Below, in pieces: positions 37,417-51,200 of a DNA stretch of 64,000 nucleotides. The stretch spans positions 23,804,345 through 23,868,344 of the forward strand of contig NC_134028.1 of NCBI RefSeq assembly GCF_964204645.1, in the 5' to 3' direction. The notes under the pieces are model-generated. The model was not told where the DNA came from and did not search any database. It saw only the letters and a program-made list of their open reading frames with translations. The DNA comes from Tubulanus polymorphus. Lineage: Eukaryota > Animalia > Nemertea. A program made the translations under genes and the position numbers. The first letter of the stretch is position 1, and each line of letters begins with the position of its first letter.

Positions 37417-38696
37417 TACGATTGTACAACTTCAAAAAGGAACAAAGCGATTATAAAATTAATGTTTGAGATTTGGCCTGAAAAGAAAACCCGTCATGCA
37501 TTAATCAATCCAAAATAATAATTATTAACAAAACATAAATTTGAATTGAAATTCAGTTGTTTGAACGGGAAAGCTTGTGGTCTACTAAATTTAGGCATTT
37601 CATTCGACACTAATTAGTAGTCCTATACTAGGGCTAGATCGTGACTGCACTTAAGTCAAGTTCAGTGTCCCTAGAGTAGACCATCTACAGGATTTTTTGA
37701 TGGCTCTTGCCTAAATCACTGTTACTCAAAAGCTTAACAAATATGCGAAATACCTTTTAGTTGTCAGGTAGTGGTACCTTCCTTGACTGTCAAACCGAAA
37801 CCGTCAAACCATGGCAGAAATACATTTAGACAAAGTTGTTGCGCTCAGATGTAACGATATAGTAAGATTAAGTTGTTGAGCTCAGATGTAAATATTCGAA
37901 TATTCGATTAGACGAGTTGCATGTCCCCGGTAACCAGTCTAATATTCGATCGCCTGGTGGAGTACAATCGAATCCCGATATTTAGTGATCTCTCTTAATT
38001 CTCACTCTGCACGTGGTATCTATAGACCAAGGCTTCCAGGAATCCCTTTTCTTATTGCTTCCAGTGGATCGGGGCTGTACAGGGCATGTTCTGTTCACCA
38101 ATAACGCCGGCGCAGTGTCGGGTTTGTAAGAAATTTAAAGAAAATAAATTCAAATGAAACCCCTCGATCATAAGGACCAGAGATTTCCCTTTTTATCTTA
38201 CATATTTCTGTTGGAAGGATACCAGATCCACCACCAATTTTTCACGCATGCAGCCCTCACACTGTAACATCTGCCCCGTGCCCTTCCAATCAGGCACTCC
38301 TTCAAAGAATCGCTTCCGCCCTTGACCAGGCGCATTGGTAACACCTTTCTGTTAGTTCTTGTCTATTTGCTTCAAAACTTATTTGATTGAAGGCAAAAAT
38401 TGCAAGCAACGGAAGCAGAGTTTCCAACGGGCCGGCAATTTGATGAAACGAATGAATTTTTATCCGTTTCCACTGCTGCAGGCCCTAATATATCAGAAGC
38501 CGCGAAATTGCTCCTCTGCATCACTTTAGGTGTGGTGCGTCTCGTGGTTTCCATTTTCATCACACAAAAGCCGTGCAAATAGAAATCCCGATATATCTAT
38601 TGCAAAACATTAAGATTTCTCAAAATATTTGTTTGGTAGATAGTTGGATGGATTTGTTTTAATTGATCACACTCGCCGCAAAGGTGTCCGCGTGCG

Positions 38697-38725
38697 CTGA
38701 CGTCATAGTGCGGGTAACCAATCAG
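38697..38725. promoter_or_regulatory. CRE palindrome TGACGTCA plus CCAAT box upstream of the C16orf89-like gene
   Basis: GCTGACGTCATAGTGCGGGTAACCAATCAG, ~550 bp upstream of ATG 39269; target gene is inferred. Confidence 0.4.
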
Positions 38726-39268
38726 AACAAGCGCCGGTACAAACTAAAAATCTACTAAAGGCAAACTTGGAGGAGGTTATCTGATAGGTTTCTATGGAAA
38801 TTATACTTGGTAGGCAAGAGACAGAGGCTGTGAGTAAAGTACTTTTCGCATTTTGTATAGAATATTCAAGAATTCTATGGATTGCAATTCAGGCTAGAGT
38901 AAAAAAAAAAACTAACGAATGAATAGTTTCCAATAGTTTTCAATAATTTTCCCCAATGGAATAAACATTTGTGTCTAAATTGAGTAAGCAGGCACTCAAA
39001 AATGAATTACTTATTAATTTTTAAGTGCCCGTGTACTCAATTTGAATACATTCAATTTACTTGAGAAGGAAATTCTCGTTTGACTTCAATTAATTTCCTA
39101 TTCAGATGATAATTTATCTTATTCCAGCTGCTTAACGAAACTTTAGGAAGCGATTCTGCTTCTCACTGTAAATTAGAGCAGTAACGACTCCCTCCTCAAC
39201 AGGTTTATATCGATTCTCTCGTTCTTGTCTCAGGAAGCGACACCAACGATTCTAGGTGTAATCCAGTT

Positions 39269-42200
39269 ATGTCACTCGTACGAGCGATATCACACTTGAT
39301 TTTGCTCGCTCTTCTATTTTCAACCGCATCGGCCTCAAAAACTCGCGAGTTGACGAAATCATCACGAAATATCGACGATGCTTCACGAGCTCAACATATT
39401 CGAACGCTGAGAGCTACCGACCGCGAAACCAGTCGATGGTCGAATTCGGAACATCTCGGATTTCTAAGGGTGGCCAGAAAAATTTCCGGAAAAACGCTCG
39501 AAATTCAAAATCGCAATTCGCTCAAACAGGATAAGGACCTATTAGTCGATACAGTCGGAGCATTGAGAAAATTGCTCGAATACTTTCGCAGTCAATCTAA
39601 GAATGTCAACTTGGACGCGATAATAGGCGTCCGAATATTACAAGGTAAGCTTCGTTCCAAAACAACCATCAATTCTGGAAATACTTTCATATTCATAGTT
39701 ATAAAGGTCGACCAGAGAGATTCAATAACTCCCTTCTCTTTTCGGGAATTGGCGAGAAATATCGGGAAATTTACTTCTTTCGTAGATTTCTGAGCAAATA
39801 TTGACAATAACCCACGCGCGTACATTTTTCGTTAAAATATCCGTATAGATAAAAAGATAAAATGGGACGAAATGGAAAGCAGTGAATTAATCAAGATAAA
39901 CCAAACTAAAGACGTAGGGATTTTCAGCATTAGTTCTGACTGTATTAATTCACATTTTGTAGATCGATATGACTTTTAAAAATTGCATTCCATTGTGAAC
40001 GTATCTTTTCTTCCTTGTTGTTTCGAATTTATTTCGAACTAAATCTATATGCAAATCATCGGATATAATGTATTTTAGAATAACGTTGTCTACTGGACAC
40101 TTAAGCCTCTGCGGATCTACCATTCATAATGATAAACGATAGTGTTGGCTCTTGTAACAGGTTAGAACCGAGATCCATTTCGCAGCTGAGAGTATTTCGT
40201 TACACATATCAAATATTAGTTACGCAAACCATGTGTCGGACAGAGGCGAAAAAGCTAAGTCGACCGCACAGCTGTATATCCTGTAAGCGAGCAGCAACTG
40301 TCACCCATAACGATCCCCATACCTCCTGAACAAGAACCATATCAAATGAAAATACGTGAAATAAAAACCAGCTCGAACGATGTCCCTATGTTGTGTCGGT
40401 TCATAGAGAATGTTTCAGTGAGGACCTCCAACGCTACTGTGCCAACGAGGATTCCAACTTTGGCAAGCGAGGATCCGCCAGGTGCGCTAGTATTGATCGG
40501 TCTTCTGCATTTTGGTTCGAATGAACCTTTCTCTTGAATAAGTCAATCATTTATGGAAGACCAACCACTGATAGAATTGATCAGAGGAAAGAAAATGAAT
40601 TGAATGTGTATTTTGGCGGGTCATGGATTCGGGAGCCTAAAAATTCAGTTTGAAACTTTCAGTTTGACTTTGACTGAGTGCTTCGTCGGCTCATCTTGCG
40701 GGATAGCTGCAGGTGGTGTAGCTATTTAACTCACGAAATATCAGTTTATTAGCTGAATTCAGTATGTTTCTAATATAAAAAAACGGGCGATTCCAGTAAA
40801 ATTGAAAGTGCATGATGCGGGGATGAGATTTTTGAATAATCTGATGCATTTCGGATTGAAAGAAATCACTTTTTTTTCCATTCATTAACAGTTAACGGTG
40901 TCATCTTCTTGTCGATATCTGAAATAAAACATATAAATGAATCAGAACGAATCAGGTGTCACCATGGAAATTAACCGATTCTTTGATGACTTAATACAAC
41001 AAAATAGTAGTAAAACCCAGATCAGTCACTTCATTGAAATACGTGCGATCATTAATTTCCTCCTGTTTTATCCCTAAAAAACGAAAACTTCAATTATTGT
41101 GGATGAGTCGTCTGTCCTAGGCACATCCGGTTTGCGGTCGTATTGTCGATTTTACTCTTGTAGCAGTTTCAGGACGTTTTGGTGACACTACGTGACGTGT
41201 GAAGTTCAATGGAAACTTCGGTTCCAAATTTGATCTGGACTGTGTTTCGACAAGACGCCTTTAAATTGAAAATAAACCAACAGATTCAAGCGCTGCTTCA
41301 AGCTTCACGAAAGGGTATTAAGCTTAGCTTAAACGGATTATTGAATCGATAAACTAAATCAACTCACGTTCTTCAATGCTTAATTGAACAAAACTGACTT
41401 CATTTTTTACTTTTTTGCTTTATATCAAGATGTTACTTCCTCATGTTCCTCCCACCCTCAAACACTAGCTACATGTATTTCCCACAATTTCTATCCCCAA
41501 CAAGTTATACAAGAACCTACTACTATAAATCTTACACGGTTAAGATATTGTAATTTGAAGAAACCAAAAAATTCTAGTTCAACTATTTCGCGAAACGGAA
41601 GCTTTTTAACAACACAACGTGCAGTCCTTCGTCATCTATTCCGAAAACGTTTTTTCATCATGTAAATGATATAAGCAGGTAATCAGGTAAAACTCGTTTT
41701 CGATTTGTTGTCTGTGAGCTTTCGACGCGTCGCTGAACGATGGAAAATTGTCGGAGCACTCACGGAAAAAAGCTGATATGAAATATGCAATAGGCGGCAA
41801 TGGTAATCAACGATGTCAGTTTAATGTAGCAATCCAATCAGGACTGTAGTTAGTTCGTGAGAAAGAGCCTCGTTGAACTGGTATAGTGTGTAATAGAAGG
41901 GGTACGTCGTTATGATCGCGAGAATTCCTAATTGAACCCGACATGTCAAACTAATGTTCATTCCCTGGGCCGTAGCCGGTGAATTACAAGAGGATTCTTC
42001 ACTTTGTAAGGGTATTGGTCCATTAAAAAAGAAATCGAAATATCTTTACAATCCAGGCTTGACCCTGGAACTTCTCTGCTCACCAGCACCACTGAGTGGA
42101 GGTCTGGAAGTTTGTCTGGTCAGTGTGGTGAAAAGTCAGGTGTGGTGACCAGCCAGGTGTGGTGTTGGTGGGGTGACCAGCCAGGTGTGGTGTTGGTGTG

Positions 42201-45200
42201 GTGACCAGTCAGGTGTGGTGACCAGTCAGTGTGGCGACCAGTCAGTGTGGTGACTATAGTTAGGTATGGTGACCACTCAGTTGTGGCAACCAGTCAGTGT
42301 GGCGACCAGTCAGGTGTGGTGACTTTTTATCAATCATTCTCTATTCACGAACACAGTATCACTATCTTTTTTGTCTTTAGAAGAAAATGTGTTGGTAATT
42401 ATTTGGTTGTTAGTTCTCTAAAGACAGATTCTTCATGCGCGAAGTTGACAAACTGAGAGTGTTTGTTGTCTCTATATAATAATCATAAGAGCGATTGCAT
42501 GATTATAAACTGACGAACTAATAATGGTTGCGCACGTTATCATCCCGGGACACGGTTACGATTTCCAATTTCTACATAATTATCCTCCTCGATGCATTAG
42601 TAACATCAGGAGTCGAACTTGTGATTTTGGTTGATGGCATCTATTAGGATTTCATGACGTCAATCGGCGGTATATACCCAAGTTAATATTGAAGTAATTA
42701 ATTCCCAGTATCGGCTAGCATGATTCAAAGAAGATAATTCATATAATGTAGTGATTATTGTCACAGAGTCGTCCACGACTCATTATCACGATCGTGTTAA
42801 TTAATCTTGCTAGAATTGAAACGATCCATGATCTCGATAACAGTATTTGTAAGTAATGAAACGTCTGTATTACGGAGCGTCTTGGACATATTTGTAGAAG
42901 TCTCCGAGTTAGTAACTGGGAATAAATTATTATTATTCTTCTCCGCTGTAACTTATCGTTGAGGTTAACTTTGAATGATAAGCTAGTTTTTTTTTCAGTT
43001 AGGGTGATAACGAATAACTACTAGCGAGCCTAACGGATCAACGATTGCCATAATTGGAATCCTCGATTGCTATAGAAAGATTGGCGGTTCCAGTAGAACA
43101 GGAACTAGATTTTGTCCGTCATTCTGACGAAAAAAAAGAATTGCCGTGTTCAAATGCTTTTCAGCAGCAGGAGAAGTAATAGCCCTCGCCCTCAAAACCA
43201 TGTAAAATGTGATGTTCAATCCGGCGAACGTGATACGAGAGTCGAAAATAAAGTTTCAAAATGATGCACGAGTTTGCGTAACGACCATGTTCGCGATGTT
43301 ATCAATTACGGTATGAAGGTAACTGATAAGAACAAAGACGGAAGTCAGTGGTCTTGTCGATGTTGTATCAGTCGTGAGCTTTGACGATGTGACACGTGTA
43401 TCGAGTGATGTTGCCGCGTTCAGGGTCTTTTCGCCGAGGTTGCACCTTGATCATTATTCTCGGTGTCAATTATTTCGAAGTGGTTTTTCATTTATCTCGA
43501 GCCAGTATTCATACCTCATTATAGACGAAAATATACGCAGCAAACTTTTAAGAATATCATTAAAAGTTTAGGCGTGATTGTATAAGCTGACTCGCCAGGC
43601 CAAATTCCGTAGGCAGCGATTTCTTGATGCCTTAGTTTCTAATGAATGGTCTGAGGCTTAAAATCATTAGGATGAAAGACTATAACGACAAAGAATATTG
43701 TAGTAGCTTATGTAGGTCTAGCGTGGTAAACGTATAGAGTTAGATTGTGTAACGGAGAGGCGTTTTCCAGATCAGAAGAGATACCTAATTTAACGGTTAC
43801 TGTTGCTGAATTGCAAGTCACTCGGGATTACTTCATTTTCTGTTCATCCGTCCGAGTTTATGTAGCCGCGTGTTAAACCAAGGTGATCTGTCATCACCAT
43901 CTATGTTTTTACCTCTGGTAATTTGTTCTGGTTTACAATCTATTTGGTATCATTCTGTCTCCGAAAAAATGCTGTGGTTTTATCGTTATTGGCTTCTATC
44001 TAGATTTGGTAATATTTGGATCGTTGCTGCTTGTATTCCTTGCATTTGTTTACTTTTATTGTATCCAGTCCCAACTTTTTATGATTTCTGCGGTCTTTTT
44101 TCCATTCTATATTCCATTTATTACAACAGATATTCCTATAATTCATCTCTAACACGTCGTAACGGTTCTTGTGCTTCTGGAGATGCTGGTCGACATTATA
44201 TGCCAAGGTCAACTTCTTTTTGTCAAATACATTGGCGTCAGATGCAAAATATCGGAAGGGAGGACTGTTCTGTTGACCAATAAAATTGTTAAGATCGTAC
44301 GGAACATAAGATTGCGAATACGAATGCTGCAAAAAATGCTTATTCTACTGTGAGATACACAATGTAACAGAAAATCCTGGGCTTTGTGGTCTCTAGACGG
44401 TTCTAAGGTCGATATTCTATCCCTTCTCATAAAGACATTAACAATCGTGGTTGTCAGGTCCAGCTACCATTAGGTCACTGAGTTACAGTAGATCATTTTC
44501 GGCGTAATCTTCGATTAAAGACAATCACTACAGGTTCCATAACAGCGGTGAGTAATTAATGGCCAACTACGCAGGAATATTGCCAGTGTGAGCTCATTTT
44601 TCATGACTCGCTTGTCAGATTCATCGGCAAAGGGTAATCGTCTGGTGTTTACCCACGAATTATTGGTTGTTTGTCGATAAACAGTGTTTAACTTGCCGCT
44701 AGTTCAATGTTAACAAGCCGGTTAAAGATACTTAGTATCCGTGCGACCAGCCACCGGTCAATCGACTGTTCCCACGGGAATCTATATACGGCCCGATTTG
44801 GAACATTATTATTAACCCTAGATTACTGTGTCCAGATATTTGATAAACCACAATCGTCAGAAGTGTTTTTAATGAATAACAGGGACTTGGATCATTAGGA
44901 TACAAAGTTTTGGGGTAGAACACTCATGGTGACATCGTGTGGGCCGAGTTATAGAAAATTCAACAACGTATGTGTGACTGATTTGATCTCTTCTAAATTT
45001 GAACTGATTTTAGAACGGTCTAGGGGTTGAGGCGTGAACGAGGCTTAACGTGCTAATGATGACGTTTTATGGCGTGGAGTCCCGTTTTTAATATATTCCT
45101 GCAACTCTGTCAAATAAATATATATTTCCAGAAAAGAATTAAAGCGCTGGGTTTTCAAAGGTATAATACCCTCACAGGTATATCCTACCTGTATTACTAT

Positions 45201-48200
45201 AATTAGCTTCAACACTCAAATTCTAATTGAGCCGATAATTACAGAGCAGTAAGTTACAAGTGTCAAATAATAATGATCATCGCTGAGTCATGGAGTTCAT
45301 TTTATCGACGCAGAGAGAATGTTTATCGAGCATTTACCGTTGACAAATAGCCGGTTTCCTCGCGGCAGACGATGTGAGCTGAACGAATATTCCATCGACT
45401 TCAAGTATTAAATCGAAGATCTTACGCATCATCGCTATACCATCTTACTCAGGCCCGAAGAGTGGGGGGGGGGGGGGGAGATACTTCCGCTCGTGAGAAG
45501 AAGAACTATACAGGATAATACTTGTTTATTAGATTTTATCATTTACTTTAGACCAACAACGGAAATCGCTCAGATGCAATATCTGAGCATCAAATTCTCA
45601 AAGTTTTCTGGCGGAGTGATTTCCGTTCAATTCTAACCAAAACACCCGCATAATCATGACGATAAGGACCTGGCCTATTCTGTGAATCAAAACCATTCGA
45701 TAATTCGGCCAAATCTCTCTTCTTCGCATTTCGCCTTCTAGCAGGCCCAGATTAGGGTTCAGCTAGTTCCTACAAGTGTCACTAGGGAATGGTAAAAACA
45801 CCGTATCTTCTTTATTCTCATAGTTATTTTCCCTAAACTTGGTACATAAGCAGTCATGTGGGTCAACGATATGATTTGTGCTGATCCCTAGGTGGCGCTC
45901 CTTCAAAAAAGCGGTACGCAATGAACTGATTTCAGTGAAATTCTTTGCAAACTTCCTAGTACGACACTTAATCCAGCAAGGCAGCAAGGCAGAAACCCGT
46001 TATTGCTGCTTGCAGCTATATTTTGCGTTTTGTGTATTCAGACTGCGGATTCCCTTGCTTCTCGTTCATACATGTCTTCCGTTATCCAAACCCACGTACG
46101 CCTGTATATGTGTACACACAAATGGTGCCGAGTCCAGATAGTTACCGATCATTAACACAGTACCTGATCCGAATGACATTTGACGCCAAAGACATTCGGT
46201 GTCTGTAAAAACAATTAAAAGTTTAACTGAGATGAGAAGTTGAATTCGTCTATATCAAAGTGGAAATAGACAGACGAGTGAGTCTTGGGTGACAAAATCC
46301 TTTTCAAACGCTGGTCTATGCCAGATTCTAGTTTCTGCGGAGACGACATTTTGTATATATATATATATAAGTTCTTTTGCTTTCAAGGACTTGGTAAAAA
46401 GAGATTTGAAGCGGAAATCCTACGCCGTAACTTCCTCGGCACGAATTGTCCGTATTTATTGAATTAACTTTCACTTATGGGAATATCGGTATAAACCGCG
46501 CAACGCGAGGTCGAATGACAATGTTTCAGGACGCAAAGCGCGGCTCTGATTCAGTTTAGATGTTTTCTAAAATATCAGGTCATTGATTTCAATATTGTCG
46601 CTGGGTGAATATTTGTTATTTCCCTCGAGTAAGAGAAAGAAATGCGCGTCTATATAACGTTCGGTTATTCGAGAACAATCCAATATTTACAGGATAGGTT
46701 CTATAGTTTTTAACTGTTCCTCAAATATTTAATTGCTATTGGGAAATTGCGACAGTTTTATTAAATGTTTCATGAAGTGTTTTCACTGTTTGAGAGGTTA
46801 GCCGTGTATAATGATGTAATTGATATTTCCAGTTTATTCAGAATCGAAGCATGTCGCGCATCGATATTTCAGCGCCTTGTGCGTGTGTAAAATTCCATTT
46901 CTTTTTTCCGTTACAATACTCATGTTGAAAAAAATTTCATTGAGAGTAAATGGAATCAAATTATTCAGACGATAAGATCCAGTAAAAGTTTGGATATTTC
47001 CAAATCAAAGATGAAACGCAAATATATCCCAACTTATTAATTGATTATCCTCTTTTGCTGATTCATTTTAAGCCGCTATACGAGTGTCTCTTAGTTTCAG
47101 CGGGGGAGGGGGAGGAGGAGGGGGCGCGAAAAGAGTTTAGACGAGACTCATTTGGTGGCGCGTTTTTTTTTCTCGTAGTGAAGGTTACTACGATAACAAC
47201 TATCTTTCCATCCATCATTAACCGCGTACAAACGCCTACACCCCGTCGAATTGTGTATAGATATCGCCCTGACGGAGCAGATCCATCTTCGCCTAATTCT
47301 CTTTCCCCACGTGGCTCTGATTTATCCCCGATAGTTTGTATAATTTCTGTTACAAACGGCGACGACGCATTTAAATGGATGTCACGCTAAAAATCCCCGT
47401 TAATTCCGACCGTAATCCAACTATTTGCCATCGACAAGGTAGCCTGTAATCCGGGGGATAATTGCGCTTGCCGTTCTATTTCCGCGCCATACGCGTTCGT
47501 GACGCTAACAATCTAACCGATGTGACAAATTCGCTGAATTTTTGACGATCAAATATCTTGTCGTGTCGTCCGTGATTTCTATGAATTTTCAGTAACACGC
47601 AGTCCGCAAGTGTTAGCGCGGGTCTTTGGTTTAATTGACTAGACACACGCAGAGACCAATTTCGCATTGACGACCTCAATTTTTTTTCCTTTGAACTTAC
47701 GTAATTCATCTAATTGATGCCCTGGTTGGTTTTATCATCTTTTGGAGCCACAACCGTAGAAAAGGCTCGGAGGAATATCGACGCATTCTCTAAAACAGGC
47801 TAATGCGATTGCCCAATCATTGAATTCATCGAAAATGCATGGCGTTCGCAGAAAATAAATCTAAATCTTCACGGAATCCTTCGACAGCTTCTGAACAGAA
47901 ATCATTATCAATTTATTTCAATTTTCGTTGCGCTCAGGTCCCTTAATTTGTCAACATTAAGGCGGATTATGTTGTGGCGAGGTCCCGGGCGCATTGTCTT
48001 CGGATGCGAGAATGCTGCGATATACAGAGAAGTTTGAATTAAATTTTCAGTCGCGGAATAATTTTCACATTTTTTGGCACAATAGACCAATCTTTTTTCA
48101 ACAGTCACTCGTCAGTCGATGAATAAACCATATCGTTGTAAACACCTAATACTGGTTTTTTAACGCTCCAGAAGCCGTGTACGGTCTATCTTTTCGCGTA

Positions 48201-51200
48201 TCAAAATAGTTTCCAGCATGATCAAAGGCTCGCTGCATTCAATATCCGAGGTCCTTCATTTTTACGTCATTGAATTATAGTTTATAAGTAGATTACTCGA
48301 AAAGCCTTTCATTATCGACGATTTGATTATTTTCCAGTTCAGGATTTTAACGCAGCGTTTCCGTGTTTCCGCTTTGTAGATTTTTTAATCAATTCCAGAA
48401 AATCTATCACTGCCGTGTGTAAGAAACTTGCTTAAGGACTTAGTGCCAAATGTCAAAAGCGTCATCTACAGTTGGAAAGAACCGTGTAGTTTTTAGTAAC
48501 TTAAAAGGACTAAAACAAAAATGACAATAGCAGCATCCACGCATGGGTTTTTGTCTTAGGTTTGGTGGGTAAAGTGTCGCGTCGCATCTATACTCCCACA
48601 GGGAACGTATTCGCGATACATCCGTCAGCCTACGTGTCGTCCAAGTTCACTCGTAGAGAAAGGTCCTTATTCACGAAACACCCGTAACTTACGCGTTACC
48701 TAAAGGCGGGCGTAGGTCGGCCTTGCGACGGATTGCGACTCACTGCGACGCGACTCACTGCTACGCGACGCCCGGCTTAAGTTACGGGTGTTTCGTGAAC
48801 GGTCTCAGATCCCGTTCAAAATAATGGTTTTGCAACATGATCAGCATTAAAAGAGAGGGGTGGGTTTGAATCTTCAAATAACGAGGTTAATGGTGAAATC
48901 TCATAAACGTCTGATGTTTATAAGTGAACGCATTGAAATTTGCATACGTAGTTTATATAACGATAGATATTTTTGGTGATAAAAATGCTATGGATTATAT
49001 GTGAAAATGATGTACGACGTTGTATATAAAGGGTTTATGTCAATAAAAAAATCACAAACGTTCGTTTTGCTATTTATGTAAATATGTCATGAATCCGTGT
49101 CCGACGAAGTATTTACGGCAGTTAGTCTTACCCGTAATTTGTGACACGGAATCCAACTCACGATGCAAGATCGTTATCACGCGCTTGTTAACGGCTAGTT
49201 CGTTAGCGCCAAAGTCTGACCACTCAGTCTCTCAGCTCGACTGGCAATACTTTGATATCCTAACGACAAAAGTCAAGCGATCTATTATCGCAATCCCCCG
49301 CAGATATCAGTTTTTTTTTCACAATGATTCCGAAGGAACCACGCCAACAGCGATGGAAAAAGCAAAATTCCTAATGAAAACTGTTTCATGTTACTACTAG
49401 TTTCTATCCGGTATTCGGTAATCCTCAAATTTCAAGATCTTCCCCGGGAAGAAAACCCACGTCTGAAAAATACAGTTCACTTTTGTAGTCGAAACGATGC
49501 CTGGAAGCAAAGGTTTCCCGACATGCCGCACGAACTAATCAGATAACCGATAATGTTATTTCAATGTCGTAGCCATTAATCGTCGACAAGTCGTGAATTC
49601 GCTTATGTCGACTTCTGACAGACGGTACAATTACAACTGCTTCGCAGAATAAGACACTGGCATTCCGGGCGGAAGTATGAAACATTCTAATTGTTTACGT
49701 ATTCGTCGAATCTCAACAAGTGATAAAGAACTTTTAAAAAACAAGTAAAGTCTAGAAAATTGAGCTAATGCGTACTTTGTAACGCTGTAAAAACAATTAC
49801 AATAAAGGTTTTTGATACTAGTATGCGTTACTCATGTAAAAGGGGTCGATGTTTACTACGTCATCGATATTGGCGTTTCAAAATAATAATTACCATTGTT
49901 TTGATTATTATTTTTCGAGGATGTGCAAAGAGCTAGACTGGCAATTCAATTATCGATTTTGGAATCCAAAGTAACTTTATTGATCCTTTATATCATATAA
50001 TTTATATAATATCATTCATTGTCGGCAATATCAAGCAAAATACGTGTTACTTTTCAAGGTGTCAATAAACTTTCAAAGTTAGTTTTCTTGTTTTAAATCA
50101 AATTTGTTTAACAGTCCCTTATTACGCGGTAGATTGCGATAAGCCTTGGTAAGATAGATGTCTTCTCGGTCGGATGCAATAAAGTATTTTCTAATAGATA
50201 AGAAACTGTAAATATAAACGCAACTCGACCAATGTCCGAATATAAGATTATTTGCCGCATATTTTGTTCTGGAATTTTCATTAGATGTTACAGCGGTGAA
50301 TACCTCGTATTTTTAGCGTCGGTATTTTTAGTACGCATGTCTGTGCCGTTCCTTCAGAATTGGTTTACCGAGTACAGTAACATTTCTTTATCGATGAGTG
50401 GACAGTAATGACCATTGAGATAATGGCTATCGTGAAAATCGAGGCCTTCTATAGCCGTCATTAATGATAGTGTAAGATTCGTATTGACCTCACCGCGGAT
50501 GAAAGAGATCGCAGCGAAATTGATCGCCAGAAAATTAAGAATCTCGCCTAACCTACTGGATAAAAACACATATAGACTCGAAAGTCTGTTTATGATCCAG
50601 AGTTTCCTATTTCGGCCAGACAATAGCAACATTAATGGTCGCGAGGGGAAGTAGAAAATGTACCGGAACAGAAAAGTCCGTCACACCTCACTCGGCTGGA
50701 AGCCGCTAGTTATTTCCCATGTCTCGAATAAAAAGTGACCCACCTAATCATTGGTACACAACGATGTGTAAGGTACGCTAAAGAACAATAAAAGTTTTGG
50801 CAGCGGTGGAATTCGAACCCACGCCTATTTCTAGACTGGTGCCTAAAACCAGCGCCTTAGACCGCTCGGCCACGCTACCAATCCATGACAGATTTTCTTT
50901 TGTTTGTTGTTTTTTTTTGTTCATTTGCGCTCATTTAATCTTCGTATATAACCAGTCACGCTTTCCGCGTAATGAATTTGAACTTGTACTTGACTATCAC
51001 GATATGAAATTGTCTTATGGTGGTGATTGATTGATTGTTCTTATTTTGCGTCTCCTCAAGCCCACCACACCTACCGGGTACGTAGTTGGATTGTCGGTCG
51101 AATTGTTTTGTCTTTTTTTTCCAGGCGTACGAAGCACATAATCTTACCCTTTCAACTGTACTACCTGTATTATAACAAAATCATATTCTTGTGAAGAAAA

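Noticed and set aside
47621-47660. miR-279-like seed TGACTAGA in a hairpin
   Set aside because: The hairpin is only ~37 nt with the seed near the loop, and the rest does not match miR-279.
50797-51030. 77-aa ORF MAAVEFEPTP
   Set aside because: Antisense translation of the tRNA-Leu gene.
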